A stretch of 60,695 nt of DNA, filler included, from Sphacelaria rigidula (Eukaryota), in NCBI GenBank assembly GCA_964200075.2. It is 8 parts of 8 records of this genome, joined end to end, with 100 filler letters (N's around TTAATTAATTAA, not from the genome) between each part and the next. Parts side by side here need not be neighbours in the genome. Positions count along the whole stretch, not along the records: positions 7,601 to 15,100 come from CAXNAA020014632.1; positions 15,201 to 22,700 come from CAXNAA020014633.1; positions 22,801 to 30,300 come from CAXNAA020014634.1; 5 more parts are not named here. One strand, given 5' to 3'. Below the pieces are notes generated by a model. That model searched no databases. It was not told where the DNA came from and worked only from the letters and a program-made list of their open reading frames with translations. Both the position numbers and the translations under genes were made by a program. Below are positions 11,850 through 24,651 of this stretch, in pieces. Position 1 is the stretch's first letter. Each line of letters starts with the position of its first letter.

Positions 11850-14800
11850 TTGTGTGTCGATTCTGGAACATTGGAGGCTCGACAAATTTGTCCCTTCGAC
11901 AGCAATAGGAGCCATGCATAAGTGAATTTTAAGCGAGAAGTTGAACGGTATGCTTTTATGTTCGGATTCGGCGAGGGATTATTCAGAAATCCTGCGCTTT
12001 GTGTTGATCCTTTGAATAAGCAGCAGCTACTTGGGATGGGTGTGAGTTCGGACGACGTCAAACGAGCACGGTTTGCGCATTGTTTGTTGCTCAGCACTAT
12101 TAAGGATGGGATCGGTAGACACGTATTTATCGAGTCGCGATCACCTTCTATAGCATGGCGTGGTTTGGATGAACCGTTTTCTCCGAAAACCTCAGACTCA
12201 AAGGACGTTTTGGTCGAGTTCAACCACCAAAAGTATCGCAAGGGTCAAGACACTGATGAGATCTGCTGTCGCGTGCTAGGTCTCTGAGATTGGGGACTGC
12301 TTAAGCGATTTCTTGGACAAGTTTCTGAATTCCCTCCCCTCTGAGTCCACCACTGTACGAGATCAAAATACGTTTTGAGCCGTCATTGCTGACAGATAAA
12401 ACACGAGCCGTTGTCAAAGATAAATACCTGTCGCTCAAGAAAACAGGTGATTTGCGTAGTGCAGATTACAACCATGCCCTCCACACAGGCAACATAGGTT
12501 CCACCCTCAAGGGTAAGAGTAAAGGAGGTGGGAGTAGGTCGCCAAAACCATCGACAGCACATAGCACTATTGAGGTTCAGGGTACCGGTGGTACGACTGG
12601 AAATACTGGCGGCAGTATTCCAACAAGCACACAGAAATCTGCAAGGGAGAATCTAACGTGTTTCAAGTGCGGGAAGACCGGTCATTTCAAATCGGAATGA
12701 CCTGAACGTATCTGTTAAGAAAGTGAAGGCAAGGGACACTCCAAGGGGTTTCATAAGATTGTTGCGATGTGTACATCGGACAATGTCGAGGAGTCCGGAG
12801 ATTTTGGATACGTCGCAACGGAGACGAAGACTGGTGAACACGCGTCCGCAGCAGACAGTGTACAAGATGACTGCCCGATTCTAGATGAAGGGGGCAAGGA
12901 GGTTAGGATAGCGGATAGCGGAGCATCATGCCACATGACTCTATCGAAGGAAAAAATGCGTGATTACTAGTGTAGCAAACAGCCATAATTTACCGATAAC
13001 AATTCTTGGGAAACAGTTGGTATTAGTAGTTCGTGACGATGGTCAATCCAATTTTGGTACCAACAGAGTGGCACATGTCCCGGAGTTGGACGTAAATATT
13101 TTTTCGACGCAGAGTGTGGCCGTGGAACATGATTTGCCGATTAGTGTGACGAAGAGAGGGACCGTCATTACTTTGCCTGATGAGAGAGGGGTGGCTTTTA
13201 AGCAGGAAGGAATGGTATCATGGTTTTCACTCGAGTTTCACCATCAACCACCTCGACGGATCGCAAAGTTGACCACGATGAGTCTGCCAATGCTGTTCTC
13301 GCCCCTCGAAAGATGCAAATTAACCTCGATCACGTGGACACCAATCTGTTTCGTCAGTCTCATGGCCACCTGCATGAGGGCTTGTTGCGGGAAGCCGCGA
13401 AACAGCAGGGGGGAAAGTTGGAGGAGTGCAAGGGGTACTCCATGGCCAAGGGGCTGCGAAAGCCCATTCCGACCTCAACCAACCAATCCTAGAGCAGAAA
13501 AAACGTTCGAACAAGTGTTCATGGATGCGTTCGGACCGAAGTTAGTTGAGAGTACGGGGGTATGAGCTATTTTTTTCTCATTCGGAATGATTTTTCGTGG
13601 AAAATCTGGATGTATTTCGGGAGACACAAGTTTGACACTACTAGAGTAATCGAGCAGTACCTCGCAGATTTAGGTGCAAAGTGCATCCCCTCGGTGGTGA
13701 AAACTGTGTGGTCGGACGGCGGTGGAGAGTTTGCCGGGTCTTTCAGCGACGTGTGCAGGGCACGAGGGATTAGACAGGAGTACACCCCAGCAGACAGTCC
13801 TCAGTATAACGGTGTGGCTGAACGTGCAGTAGCAATGATTGAGCAAGCCGCTATAGCTGCACGAGTTCAGGCGAAGGTACTGTACGATGTCGGTGTTACG
13901 GCAGAATGTGGGCTGAACCGTATCGTGGGGCAGCAGACGCACTAAATCGCTCTGCTATCACGGTTGACTCTGGTAAGAAGTCTCCAGATGAACTATATTA
14001 TGGTGTAGTACCACAGATTCAGCTTTTACCTTTCTTCAAGGCGGGGTACATTAAGCACAAGAGGACGTCAAAGAGTATGCCCAAAGCACAGGAGTGTTTT
14101 TACTTAGGACCTGATTACAACTACCCTCGTGACTCCATGAGAATGCAAACGAAGGGTAGACATGTCATCACCACTCGCAATGTCACTTGGTGCCGTTTAC
14201 CCCCCTCAAGTTCGCAAACAGCGGTTCCATTTTCTAGGCGGGGTGGGGAAATTTCGCAGAATGTGGAGGGCGGGGAGGGCGATGCCTAGGACTCTGATTC
14301 AGGGGAGTCGGACTTCGGAGTGGGGGGGAGAAATCACGGATGATGCGGTGTCCGAGGAGCGTGAAAGAGATGGCGATGAGCGGTCGAAACCTGAGCAGGG
14401 ACCACACAATGACGACCGCGAGAACACAGTGGAGCAACCGCCTGCGTCGCCTACGTCGTCTACATCGTCTGCACCATATTCTGGTTGTGATTCAACGGCG
14501 ACATCGTCTGTCGGTGGCGGATATGCCGCGAACCAACTAGATCCGGTTGAGCCGACGCTGGGTCAGGCGAGGCAACAGACACGACTGCTACAGCAACAAC
14601 GCCAAGAACAGCGACTGCATCAAGATGTTCCTGATCTAAAACATCTAGAAGGCGATCACAGTACGTTGTGAGTAACGACGGAAGATTTGTGGGGCGCTGA
14701 AAGGATACTGGCATTTAAGGGCGACACAGACGACCCAAGAAAAACAGGGGAGTCTGAGTTGGAGATGATTCCGTGTGCTACTCTTGATGAGAGGGAGGTA

Positions 14801-14908
14801 GCACCAAAGACGGTAAAGCATGTTTACAACTCTCAGTTCAGGAAAGCGTGGATTGATGCAATGAACAGAGAGGTGGAAACGTTTGTACGGGATTCGACAA
14901 GTGGGTAA
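11850..14908 (+). pseudogene. Decayed Ty1/copia gag-pol (gag, CCHC, protease, integrase, start of RT)
   Basis: Gag 11922-12287; CFKCGKTGHFKSE* knuckle; IADSGASCHMT protease; HGH..C GAG-pre-integrase; VFMDAFGP...SDGGGEF...PQYNGVAERA integrase core; PKTVK...WIDAMNREVE start of RT. The PR-INT-RT order is copia-type. Many stops and frameshifts. Confidence 0.95.
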
Positions 14909-15905
14909 AGAATGGTTTGGTAAGCTAGGGAAGGAAAACTCTGAGAAGTCTGGACGTCGACCAGGGTGAGGTCGACCCGTGAATAAACAGGTTGATGGAC
15001 GGGGAGGAGGTTGAGGTTCTGATTGTGGTGCATGTCGATGAGAGTCATCCTACGATAGGGGGGGGGGGAATTTTGGGACATTTGTTGCTCGAAATTTAGA
15101 NNNNNNNNNNNNNNNNNNNNNNNNNNNNNNNNNNNNNNNNNNNNTTAATTAATTAANNNNNNNNNNNNNNNNNNNNNNNNNNNNNNNNNNNNNNNNNNNN
15201 ATGCGAGGTCAATGGTCTGATGACTATGGCATGCGTGATCATGAGTACACCCTAATTACTTGTATGTCACAGTGAAATTTAACGAGTCCCATGCGAATGG
15301 CTACCACTTTGGTTGAGAATGTGTTCTGCAGAATCGTTGAGTTCCGAGCCGTTAAATGTAGGGTGTACTCATGATCACGTGGTTATTGCGTGCTTACCGA
15401 AAAGGATTCGCATTGCTCAGCTGGCGACCCTAACCTCTCATCCCACCCTCTCGTTCAGGAGCTTCCATGGATGGTGTGAATACGTGCAGAAGTCAAGTGA
15501 TTGGTATTGGGATGCTCCATTATCCCTCTAATATATTCTCGGGTGGTGATCGTTTCAGTACTCTAAACTCGAACGATAAGAAGTCCGTATTCCAAAGGTG
15601 AGCGATGTGTCGCTACTGCATTGGGAATAGACTTCAGTGCATGTAGCCATTCTATTGATGAATTTGTGGGCACCTTACAGCGGGTCAGTGACCGTATACT
15701 TCGCTATTTGAGCGTACGGCCGCTGAATGTATCAACAACGAGAACAACGCCGGCAATGGCAGTAGCGACAGCAACGACAACAGCAACAACACCTGGACCA
15801 ACAAGTGACCGAACATTGGAGGCCTCAGGTGAATCCGTACACTATCTTGCGACAGTTACGTCAGACCGCACGTGTGTGGGATGTCGTACTAGTCTGGGGA
15901 ATTCG

Positions 15906-16780
15906 CAGGGCTTGTAGCGGGACTTCGGGAAGGAAAGGGGCGGCAAACTCCGTCCTCCCGAAGCCCACGCGACCGGACGGGACCGTGTTCCCGTCGCTAA
16001 AAAGACATCCACACAAGACGGGAGTGCCATGCTACGGTAGGGGTGCACTGTTTCGGCCAAAATGTTTCTCGGGGTGTTGGGCGGGTCATTTTGAGAATCA
16101 GCATCATTTTTACTTCGAAAAGAGTGAAAATAATGCCGATTCACGAAAAGGCCCCTGCGTGCATCTCCATGTCCGGTCCCCGGAGGTTTGGGCTGCCCAG
16201 TAAGCCCCATATATTTGGGTTCCTACAAAAACAAAACAGAAACAAGAAGTGCAATCCCTATCGTAGCATGACTCGGGGCCGTTTTTCCGTCACTAAGTAA
16301 CAGCGGGACCGGACGGGAGCGGTTTCCCGTCGATAGAAAAGCGACGGGACGGGGCGGGGACTGTTCCCGCCGTCAAACAACAGCGGGGCAGGAATTCCTG
16401 TCCTGTCCTCACGGGAACGTTCTGGTCCCATCCTATTTCGACCTCACGGGAATATGTGTTTAACCCTTTGGGATATCAGGGAGGATTTGTGTTTTGTGAA
16501 TCGGCATCATTTTGACTTGAAAATGGCCGAAGATGATGCCGATTCACAGAAACAAAAATCGTCAATGGGTTCCAGAATGGTTAACCCGCCTGAAACACGC
16601 TCGACGAGACCATTATTAGTTGTTCACGTCGAAAACATTACCGACGTAAGGGTACAGAATTCGACAACAGCAGTTCGATCGACTCATAACTGCATTGGAG
16701 CAACGGTCCCGTCCCGTCTCGTCCCGTGGATTTCGGGGGCACGAGAATTCCCCTCCCGAAGTCCCGTCACGAGCGAGCCT
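15906..16780. repeat. CCCGT/ACGGG-rich TIR element with nested inserts
   Basis: CAGGGCTTGTAGCGGGACTTCGGGA at the left and TCCCGAAGTCCCGTCACGAGC at the right; the same motif-rich sequence recurs at ~17250-17520. Confidence 0.55.
16464..16580. mobile_element. piggyBac-type MITE, second family
   Basis: TTAA flanks, CCCTTTGGG start, internal inverted TGAATCGGCATCAT; homolog at 60372-60491; related fragments near 16090-16190 and 47520-47637. Confidence 0.8.
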
Positions 16781-16906
16781 CGCTTACAAAAGTAATCGTG
16801 ACCGGTTTGTCTTTTCATGTGGAAGGTAAGATAAGAATGGGCTGTAGGAATGACCAGAGTCTGACGAATAAAAAAGGTCAGGTTTCTACATCCCACAGAA
16901 GGAAAC

Positions 16907-17245
16907 GAGTAATGCCGCGGTAGCCCTCCCGGAGGAAAGTGTACTGGAGACCGAGTCCAAATCCACATGTGACATGTTGAGACCTGGTTTCTGACACCAG
17001 CTATATTTGCATTCTTCGATATATTTTCCAAGAGCTGTTTTCTGAATCCAGCTATACTTGCATTCTTCACAAAGTTTTTCTCAAACCGTTTTCTGAAACG
17101 AGCTACATCTCATAATAAATCTTAAGATTTGATTTCTGAAAATACCCGTCATCTCGATACGTGGTATGGTTGGTCATGTCTTCGTGACAGAGTTTCGGCC
17201 TTTTTTTTGTTTTGTTTATGGGGGGCTATCGTATCGGTATCAGTC
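16907..17245. mobile_element. Unclassified GA(G/C)-terminal TIR element with internal TTTCTGAANCCAGCTA repeats
   Basis: Begins GAGTAATGCCGCGGTAG and ends CTATCG(tatc)GGTATCAGTC; reverse homolog of 28630-28971. Confidence 0.7.
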
Positions 17246-17617
17246 GAAGTTCCCGCCAGGTTCGACGGGAGCAGCCGTTCCGTCGACGGGAACTCCCATC
17301 CAATCTGACGGGACTTCCCTTGAAAATACGGGATTTTCCCCGTGAGGACGGAACAGGACGGGAACGTTATCTTACTAAATCGGGACGAAATGGGAAGGTG
17401 TTGCTATCATCACAAGAACGACAGAACGGAACATGACCGTCCCCCGTCGCCACGACGGGAAGGGACAGTAATCCGCATCCCACACGATTTCCCGTGAGTG
17501 TTTTCCCGTGACAAGTCCTGGGAAATCGTAGCTACTTGAAAACGGCAAGGGCACCGAGTCAGACTTGTGGACCGCGATTGTGACCATACTTGCGTCGAAC
17601 CCGTACCGCACCCGTAG

Positions 17618-20600
17618 ACCATCTACAGAGCAATGGCAACCCTCTACCCCTCAGGCATACGGCTGGAGGCGACGGATCACGTTCCACAAAGGCATCGCTC
17701 GGCGTGAACGATTGGATTAGTCAGCACAGTGAGAACTATAATAGCTTTGGCAACCAAAGCTTCAAGCAGGCGTTGGCGCGGCACGTGGAGCACGATAAAG
17801 ACGTGGGAATCGTCGGCACCCGGTGAGTGAGTGAAAAATAGAGCCGGGGCGTGCATGATGTATTTTTTGCCTTCAATTGCAAAGCATGAAAAATCATCCA
17901 GCTATCCGCTGATAAAATCACAACGGCCAGCCACCGCGCAATATGTTGTCTATCCCATTTCCTCGGTTTATTGCTAGCTTATTTCACCTCGATGCTCGTC
18001 TGTTTCCAGGCGCCCGAATAAAACTTGATGTACCACGTCATGCAGTGCGGCGGATGGTATGCAATGCGGTAGCCCATATCAAGAGCGTGAAATCTTGACT
18101 CTTTCACGACGAAGAGATGGACACTGAATGAAATATACACCATCTTATTATATATCGGTTCGACCAACAATGTAAAATACCACGTCGGAGTCACAGCTTG
18201 CGATTGATATGATCACCTCGATGCCTGTCTCATTGTCATTTTCCACGTTTTTAATAGCCGTGCGCATGAAACACTGCGTGGGCATGTTGATGGTTAGATG
18301 AAAGCCTGGCTCTGGAACGCACTGTTGGCTGTGGTTTAGCGTGGCCAGTAGTAGTATACCAACCTCGCAGCCATTTACGCATAAACAAGTCCCCTTCGCA
18401 GCGGCCGTTATTGGCAAATTGCGTGCGATGGAGAGCGTTGCAGCGTCGCATTAGTTAAGCAATGTTTTGCACCGCGGTTTATTGTTGTTCGGGCGTGTCT
18501 TAGCAAATTATTTATCGATCGAAAATGTGCGGGGGAAACGAAAAACTCCGATCTGATAGGTTGTGATTTCAATTATCGTAGTTTATTTTGAAGATGGTTG
18601 ACATGACGACCTATCAGATCGGGATATTTGTTCTCCAACGCACTTTTTCGATCGATAAGTAATGTGCTAAGACACGGCCTTATCGTTCATGCCATGGCTA
18701 TGAAGCGAAGCCTTCGAGTGCAGATCCATCTTAGGGCGTAGTTCCGCTACGAAAACAGTCTTGTCGAAAGAGATGTGGGGTGTATCACTTTCATCTCTCG
18801 CTGCGGTGGACCTCGCGGTGTCATCCACAGAGCTCCGCCGATAGTTAATTTTTTTTGTATGGGACCAACGAAGCTACATGTTGAAGGAAGGGGATGATAA
18901 TCAAACGCCCACCCCCCCACAATGCCATGTACCGATGCTGCCCCTGCTGGAACAGCACCCTCCGTCGCCATTGAATTCAGCTTCATACCGGACACGAGAC
19001 GATACCCTTTCCTCTCCCCCGCCCGGCGTCCGCCCCACAGGCCACCAACGCTTGTAATCCACGGGCTGTGCATCAGGGTGAGGCACCCCTATTCCAATCA
19101 CTTTCTCAGGAAAATCCTTCGACCTGGACGAGGTGATGTCGCCATGGTAAGCCAGGCAAGCGTGATGAGAACGCCCTGCGTGGATAAGCTCATTTCCGAT
19201 GTCTCGGACCCGCGGGGTTAGCGTAAGCGGCTAAAGCACGCGTGAGAGTTCTCACATGCCGGACGTGAACGCGATGAATTCGTATGTTACCCAAAATAAC
19301 GACGATTCTGATTGACTCGCACCATGGATTCAGCACGGACAGGGCTTTATCTCGTGAGCAGCGGTCGTCACGAATGTAGAGGTGCCTCCTTGATCAACCC
19401 AGACTTTGTGTAGTAGTTTCTTGGCTCGGTGGCTACATGTTTTCCCGGACGGAGTTCAAAATTAGCTCCAAACCGCTGTATTTTGGAGACCAAGCTGCTC
19501 TCTACGACAAAGAGCACAGCACCGGAGACAGGCCGCCTTTAGTAGGTGTTCGTGCTTGTTTTTCGATGCTACTCCTTTTTCTCACAAAATCTGATCTGTC
19601 GCGATCCGTGGAGAATGTCGGTGGCGAGATCGAAATTTACCCGATCACTGGATGTACAGTTCGAAAGGCCAGAAAAAAATGGCTTTGCACATCAGCATCT
19701 CCCAAAAGATGGTTGCGGTTCAGTATCTGTTGTTGATCAAAACGTCACTTCAAGGTGAACAGTTGTTCTTGAAGTGCAATGCAAAACTACGGATCATGCG
19801 ACGGGTGGATTGCTGTTTTGCGGAGATATCACGGGAACGAGACCTCCGACGTCAAAACGGAGATATACTTTGAACTACTTAGCAGTAGCTGGACTCACTA
19901 ACGTCGCCAACGCATTTTTCTCGTCAATTTTTGTCACGATTTTCTTCCAAATCCAAACACTTGACGTGTTACCCATGTTTTCATCCAAAACATTCCGTTT
20001 GTTTGGTAATCTTATTTCGGCACCCTGTACGCCCACGCTGGTCCACGCTTCTCCCGCGAAACGTTGAATCGACTCCACAGAAACGCGGAGGATCCTAATG
20101 GAACATAATTAAAAAATCGGAGACATTTCATCGCCTGTGCATTCGTAACAACTGCTATTCGTGGGGCCAGATGAAAGCACAGGCTCAAACACCTTTACGT
20201 GGTAGGGAAAGTGCTCGTACATACTCTCGACTATATACGGTAGGGTATGGTGTAGGTCAAGGTTGGCACTTCCTTGCGAAACGCATAACAACGGCGTGTT
20301 GCTCGATAATAATCCTGCTTCGCGTGTCCACAAACCTCTTGTCAACGAGCGACAGATAGAAGACCGTACTTGGATATCCGCGACCCGAGAAGCCCTCACA
20401 GGAGGATTTCGGTTACTCCCGGGTACCAGAAAAGCAGTGTTTTCGGCTCTCCGAAAAACATTTGCCAGTCATACATCAGAGGAAAACGGAGCCCCCGCTA
20501 TGGCAAGGTGTGACACAAAAGCGCTGTATACATTATGAGCGACCTGTTTGTTCTTGTGCGGTGTTGATCTCATAATTCGATGAGAATTGCGTACCTACCG

Positions 20601-21439
20601 TGCCAGCGAGGGTCGTCCTGTGAGCGATTTTAAATTTTTCCAATGATGCAGTATGTAGTCTAGATGCCCCGTTGATATATTCTGACGGAGGTATATATTG
20701 TCGGCAGTCATTCCACCACAGAAAAGCGCCAAGTAAGCGCGGAGTGCTACGATAGCAAGTGCACGAAGCACGCCCTTCCGATTTATTTACGCATGTTGCA
20801 CGAGATAGGACTTCTCGGACGGCCAACCCGCATATTACCAGGTGCGAAGGCTCCTCCTGCCCCGAGGGCCTTGTCACGGGTCACGGCGAGAGGAGAATCG
20901 AGCTCTTCGCTTGTTACCCGCATGGTAGATGGTACTTTCAAGCCTTCCTTCTCCCCCGATCCCTTAACAACATATTTGCAGTATATAATTCATCTCCTTC
21001 AAGCATGAGCAAACCGACAGCTGCTGTGGTATCATGAACCGACCGCAGGATTCGCTTGCAGTGCATGCACATTCCCGTGAATCACACGAAGAGCAAATGC
21101 GAACAACTTACCGAATGTTCTGGGGTAGTCCGAAGCTCCACAACGGCTGGCATTTCATCTACTACAACAAACGAAACACAAGCTAATCCAACACCGACAG
21201 GTGACTTTTCGGCGGTCAACCGGGTACTTTCAGAGCATTCAGCGCGGGAACGACGGCCACCTCGCCCCCCGTTGACTGACTCCTTCGCCCCGCTTCCCTC
21301 CCGGGCACGCAGCGCCGCACCTGTTACGCTGGGAACACTGAACATGACGGGTCACCAAGGTTGGGAAGACGTTTTTGTGCCGGAGAAATTAGCTGAGGTC
21401 TGCTGTTGCGACGACGACCCCTTACAGCACAGGCTGCTG
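17618..21439 (+). CDS. Candidate exons of an uncharacterised gene (17618-17822, 19110-19146, ~19466-19545, ~20260-20507, ~21050-21439)
   Basis: Open frames end at good donors (CG|GTGAGT at 17823, TG|GTAAGC at 19147, CTG|GTGAGT at 21440). I could not build a phase-consistent model or recognise a domain. Confidence 0.3.
18491..18679. mobile_element. PIF/Harbinger (Tourist-like) MITE
   Basis: TIR GGGCGTGTCTTAGCA / TGCTAAGACACGGCC, inverted over most of its length; flanks TTC/TTA. Confidence 0.7.
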
Positions 21440-22632
21440 GTGAGTTTCCTCATCCTGAAAGTGTCAAGAATGCGCGCTAACATGGATATCGCCGTTGGTC
21501 ACTACCAGTTCGAACCCGAATTCGATACCCGAATTCGATAAAAAAAAACACATGAAAGTGGAAGTTGATCACCCGCATGCGCACATGAATAGAATGAACC
21601 TAGGGGACACTCTCAAGGCATGAACGTGGACACGGGCGTTGCAACATGAAAAAAATAACAGTTTTGCACCGTTCTTGGTGATGCACCTGACTCATGAAGC
21701 GGTCGGGTCAAGCTCGATTTTGTTTGCGATCAAAACTTTTGCATTTGCGGGAGGTGTCGTTCGACGAAAAACCTGCCCCGAAAAAAAAAAGAGTATTCTA
21801 GCAAAGGGGCTCTTGTCGGCGTGGGCGCACTCGATATGTCGTCCACGGTTTTCGAGAAAAATCGGAAGGTAGGAAGGCTGATCTGATCACCCGAAGCTAT
21901 TGTACACCATCACCACTATTGCCACCATTATCTACAAGATAACATGGTAGTAGGAACACCATCGTTGGGTAGGCTACATTGGAACATGGTAGTAGGAACG
22001 TATAGCGCTCCGCGGCACCGGAGTCCAGGGCTGGACCCACTGATGCTCCGAAAAAATTTCATACCAGACGTATGCACCCGGAGTACCGCTTGTGAATTGT
22101 TTCTTCTCGGGCACAATAACAGCAATATCGTGGGTACACAGCAGAAATAAATAATGTTTCACTCCTGAAGGAGCGAGCAACGATCGTAGAAGATGGCAGT
22201 TTTCTCTCATTTTTCGGAAGTGTGGCGCGATACGCTGTCCAATAGGACTCATTGGGGAAGTTCCGATGGTAGTGGGCTTCAAGCTAAACCGCGCAGTCCT
22301 GTGACCGCCTCCCATTTTCCCGGTTACCATACCCCGTGGTATTCTTCGGTATTTTGCTTCCGTACAAAACAATCAGATACTCGTACACCTACCCATATAT
22401 GCAGCTAGGGGAGTCTTGTGACTTCGCTCTCAGGAGCCGTACCGCCCCCCCCCCCCCGGCCGAGATCCGGCACAAAATACGACTTTCTCACACCGACATA
22501 TAGACGCCTCACAGTCCAGGCAGTGCCGAGACACCACTTTGTTTGTTTGGAGGATCATGAGCTGCTGTAACTGAGACGTGGTGGGAGGGGAGTACAGCAA
22601 CCCGCGTAGTAGGCTCCCCTGCCCCCCCCCCG

Positions 22633-22672
<40 letters not shown>

Positions 22673-22959
22673 CCGCCACCCGGACGAAGAACGCCAGCAA
22701 NNNNNNNNNNNNNNNNNNNNNNNNNNNNNNNNNNNNNNNNNNNNTTAATTAATTAANNNNNNNNNNNNNNNNNNNNNNNNNNNNNNNNNNNNNNNNNNNN
22801 AGAATCGTTAGGAGCCCCTGAACCAGACAAACTTTCGCGAAAAAAGTGCACCCCTATCGTAGCATTGCTCAAAGTGCGGATTGGTTCTTTCGAGGATGAG
22901 TGGGGCCACGCATCATGGCCGGAGAGTGCGGTTGCATCCTTATTTTGAAAATATTTGGA

Positions 22960-23120
22960 TGCTTCCTCGGGACGAGTCCGTGGGCTCAAGAGAGAGCCCA
23001 TCTCTGTCCAGGTACATGCTTCACACACTTTGGTATTGCGGATTGGATTGCCACTCCCGAACTGCGTCGAGTCTCGTCGAATGAATTTTCCTTGCTACTC
23101 GCGTCCTCACGCTTTTAACG
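22960..23120 (-). mobile_element. SINE-like family G, body fragment
   Basis: Shares GCCCATCTCT..GGTACA..TTTGGT..CGGATTGGAT and CTACTCGCGTC.TCACGCTTT with the 31815 and 53735 copies. Confidence 0.65.
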
Positions 23121-23289
23121 ACGATGACGATAAGTGTTTCGATGATTTATCCTCACAAACGAACCTATCCTCAAATTGTAAAATCCCGTGTTCCCTGGGG
23201 AGTCTTCGATGAGTCAATGTTGTCGGTCCCTCGCCAGAGCAATGGTGTTGCTAACCTTATATTGGTTTCGTGGGATTGTGCAATAAGTG

Positions 23290-23550
23290 CACGGTTAGGA
23301 CAAGTTATCACGACTAAGAATCACCAGATTCACGATTTCTTCGGCCTGAATGCCCACTGGGGAGAAAAAAGTTGACCGCTGGTCCAAGGGGGGACCACGC
23401 AACTTTTGCGCCATTCCACGTGTCTGGGCTGCGTGTACCTGGGTTGCAACGCTGAAAACAAAGCCTAGGGATCGATTCGTACGAGTCGAATGAATCAGTC
23501 ATACTAAAACCAAGTAATTCACAGACGAATCATTATTTATCCGACCCTTG
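23290..23550 (+). mobile_element. hAT-type MITE family A
   Basis: Perfect 8-bp TSD AATAAGTG at 23282-23289 and 23551-23558; same body as 1346-1605. Confidence 0.9.
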
Positions 23551-23883
23551 AATAAGTGGCATTGTAAGGTGAAACAAGCGACAGACAAGTGCATAGGGAA
23601 CGGAGTATGTGCCAAAAAAAAACGCGGCTTTCACGTGGTGTGAATGAAAACTGACCCAACACTTGCCCCACAAGTGGGTTCGTGTGCCGATTACCCAGAG
23701 GCTCGGTCAGACTGTGTCGTGGTAGTTATGTGGGTTAGGCACCTCGAGTGTTCGCAAGCTTTGCTCAAGCCAGTGTGGGGGTCGGACTCATTAAAATCCC
23801 TGATCAACTTGGCGCGATGTACGCGCCACCATGCTTCGGGGATAGTGTGCAGCAGTCAACCAATTAATCAATCAAAGGGCCGC

Positions 23884-23965
23884 CGCGCCCGGTGGTATAA
23901 ACTAAAATGGAAGAACCGAAACCGATCAGGTCGGGAAAATGCGGGTTCGATTCGATTCCCTGCAT
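23884..23965 (+). mobile_element. SINE-like family G, tRNA-like head
   Basis: GCCCCGGTGGTATAAACTAAAATGG (A box-like) and GGGTTCGATTC (B box-like); matches the reverse complement of 32025-32098. Confidence 0.6.
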
Positions 23966-24651
23966 ATGTTTTTTTCCCCTTCCTCTGTTGGCGAATGACT
24001 CATCACCATTTTGTTAACGTCTGGTATAATATACTGCCTCTATCCCATAAGTAAACTATTAATGGGTTACGTTTACACAGGCCCTCAGCCGTAAGGGACG
24101 CGTGATTTTGTCACATATTTTGATATCTTCGGAGTTTATCAGGCCGTTTTCATTATTTTTTCTTTTTCTCGTGTGCACACCCCGCCAGGTGGCCGAACGG
24201 CCTGATGTAAATCAGTCCTACTGCAAGGGCAAAAAGAAAGTGTAAACATGTGCGGGGGGGAGGCAGGGGAGAGGGTTGGTACGCAGTGATATCAAATTTC
24301 CGTTTTTCTCAGATTTTTTTCGCAAAACTAGAACATGAAAATCTGAAGGTTAGCCCAAAATCAAGAGTAAAATAATCCAAAATCTACGCAATATATGTAT
24401 ATATATATTCCCCCCTATTAGCCTCAGCATCCCTGACCCAGTGGTTCGGGTGATACGGTCCACCCCACGCAAGCTAGTTTTACCTATGGAAGAGAGGAAG
24501 TATCATCACTACGATGTAATATCATGCACGCTTGTCCTGTACCAACCCCGTTTCACACCTCAACCATTACTGCATACATTAAAACTTCAACCCCTCCCCC
24601 TCCCTCCCCTTCCTTCTAAACGCCCCCTCTGAACGGTATACATCCAAAAAG

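Noticed and set aside
22621..22672. Poly-C tract read as a poly-Gly ORF or G-quadruplex
   Set aside because: Homopolymer at a contig end, where sequence quality is doubtful.
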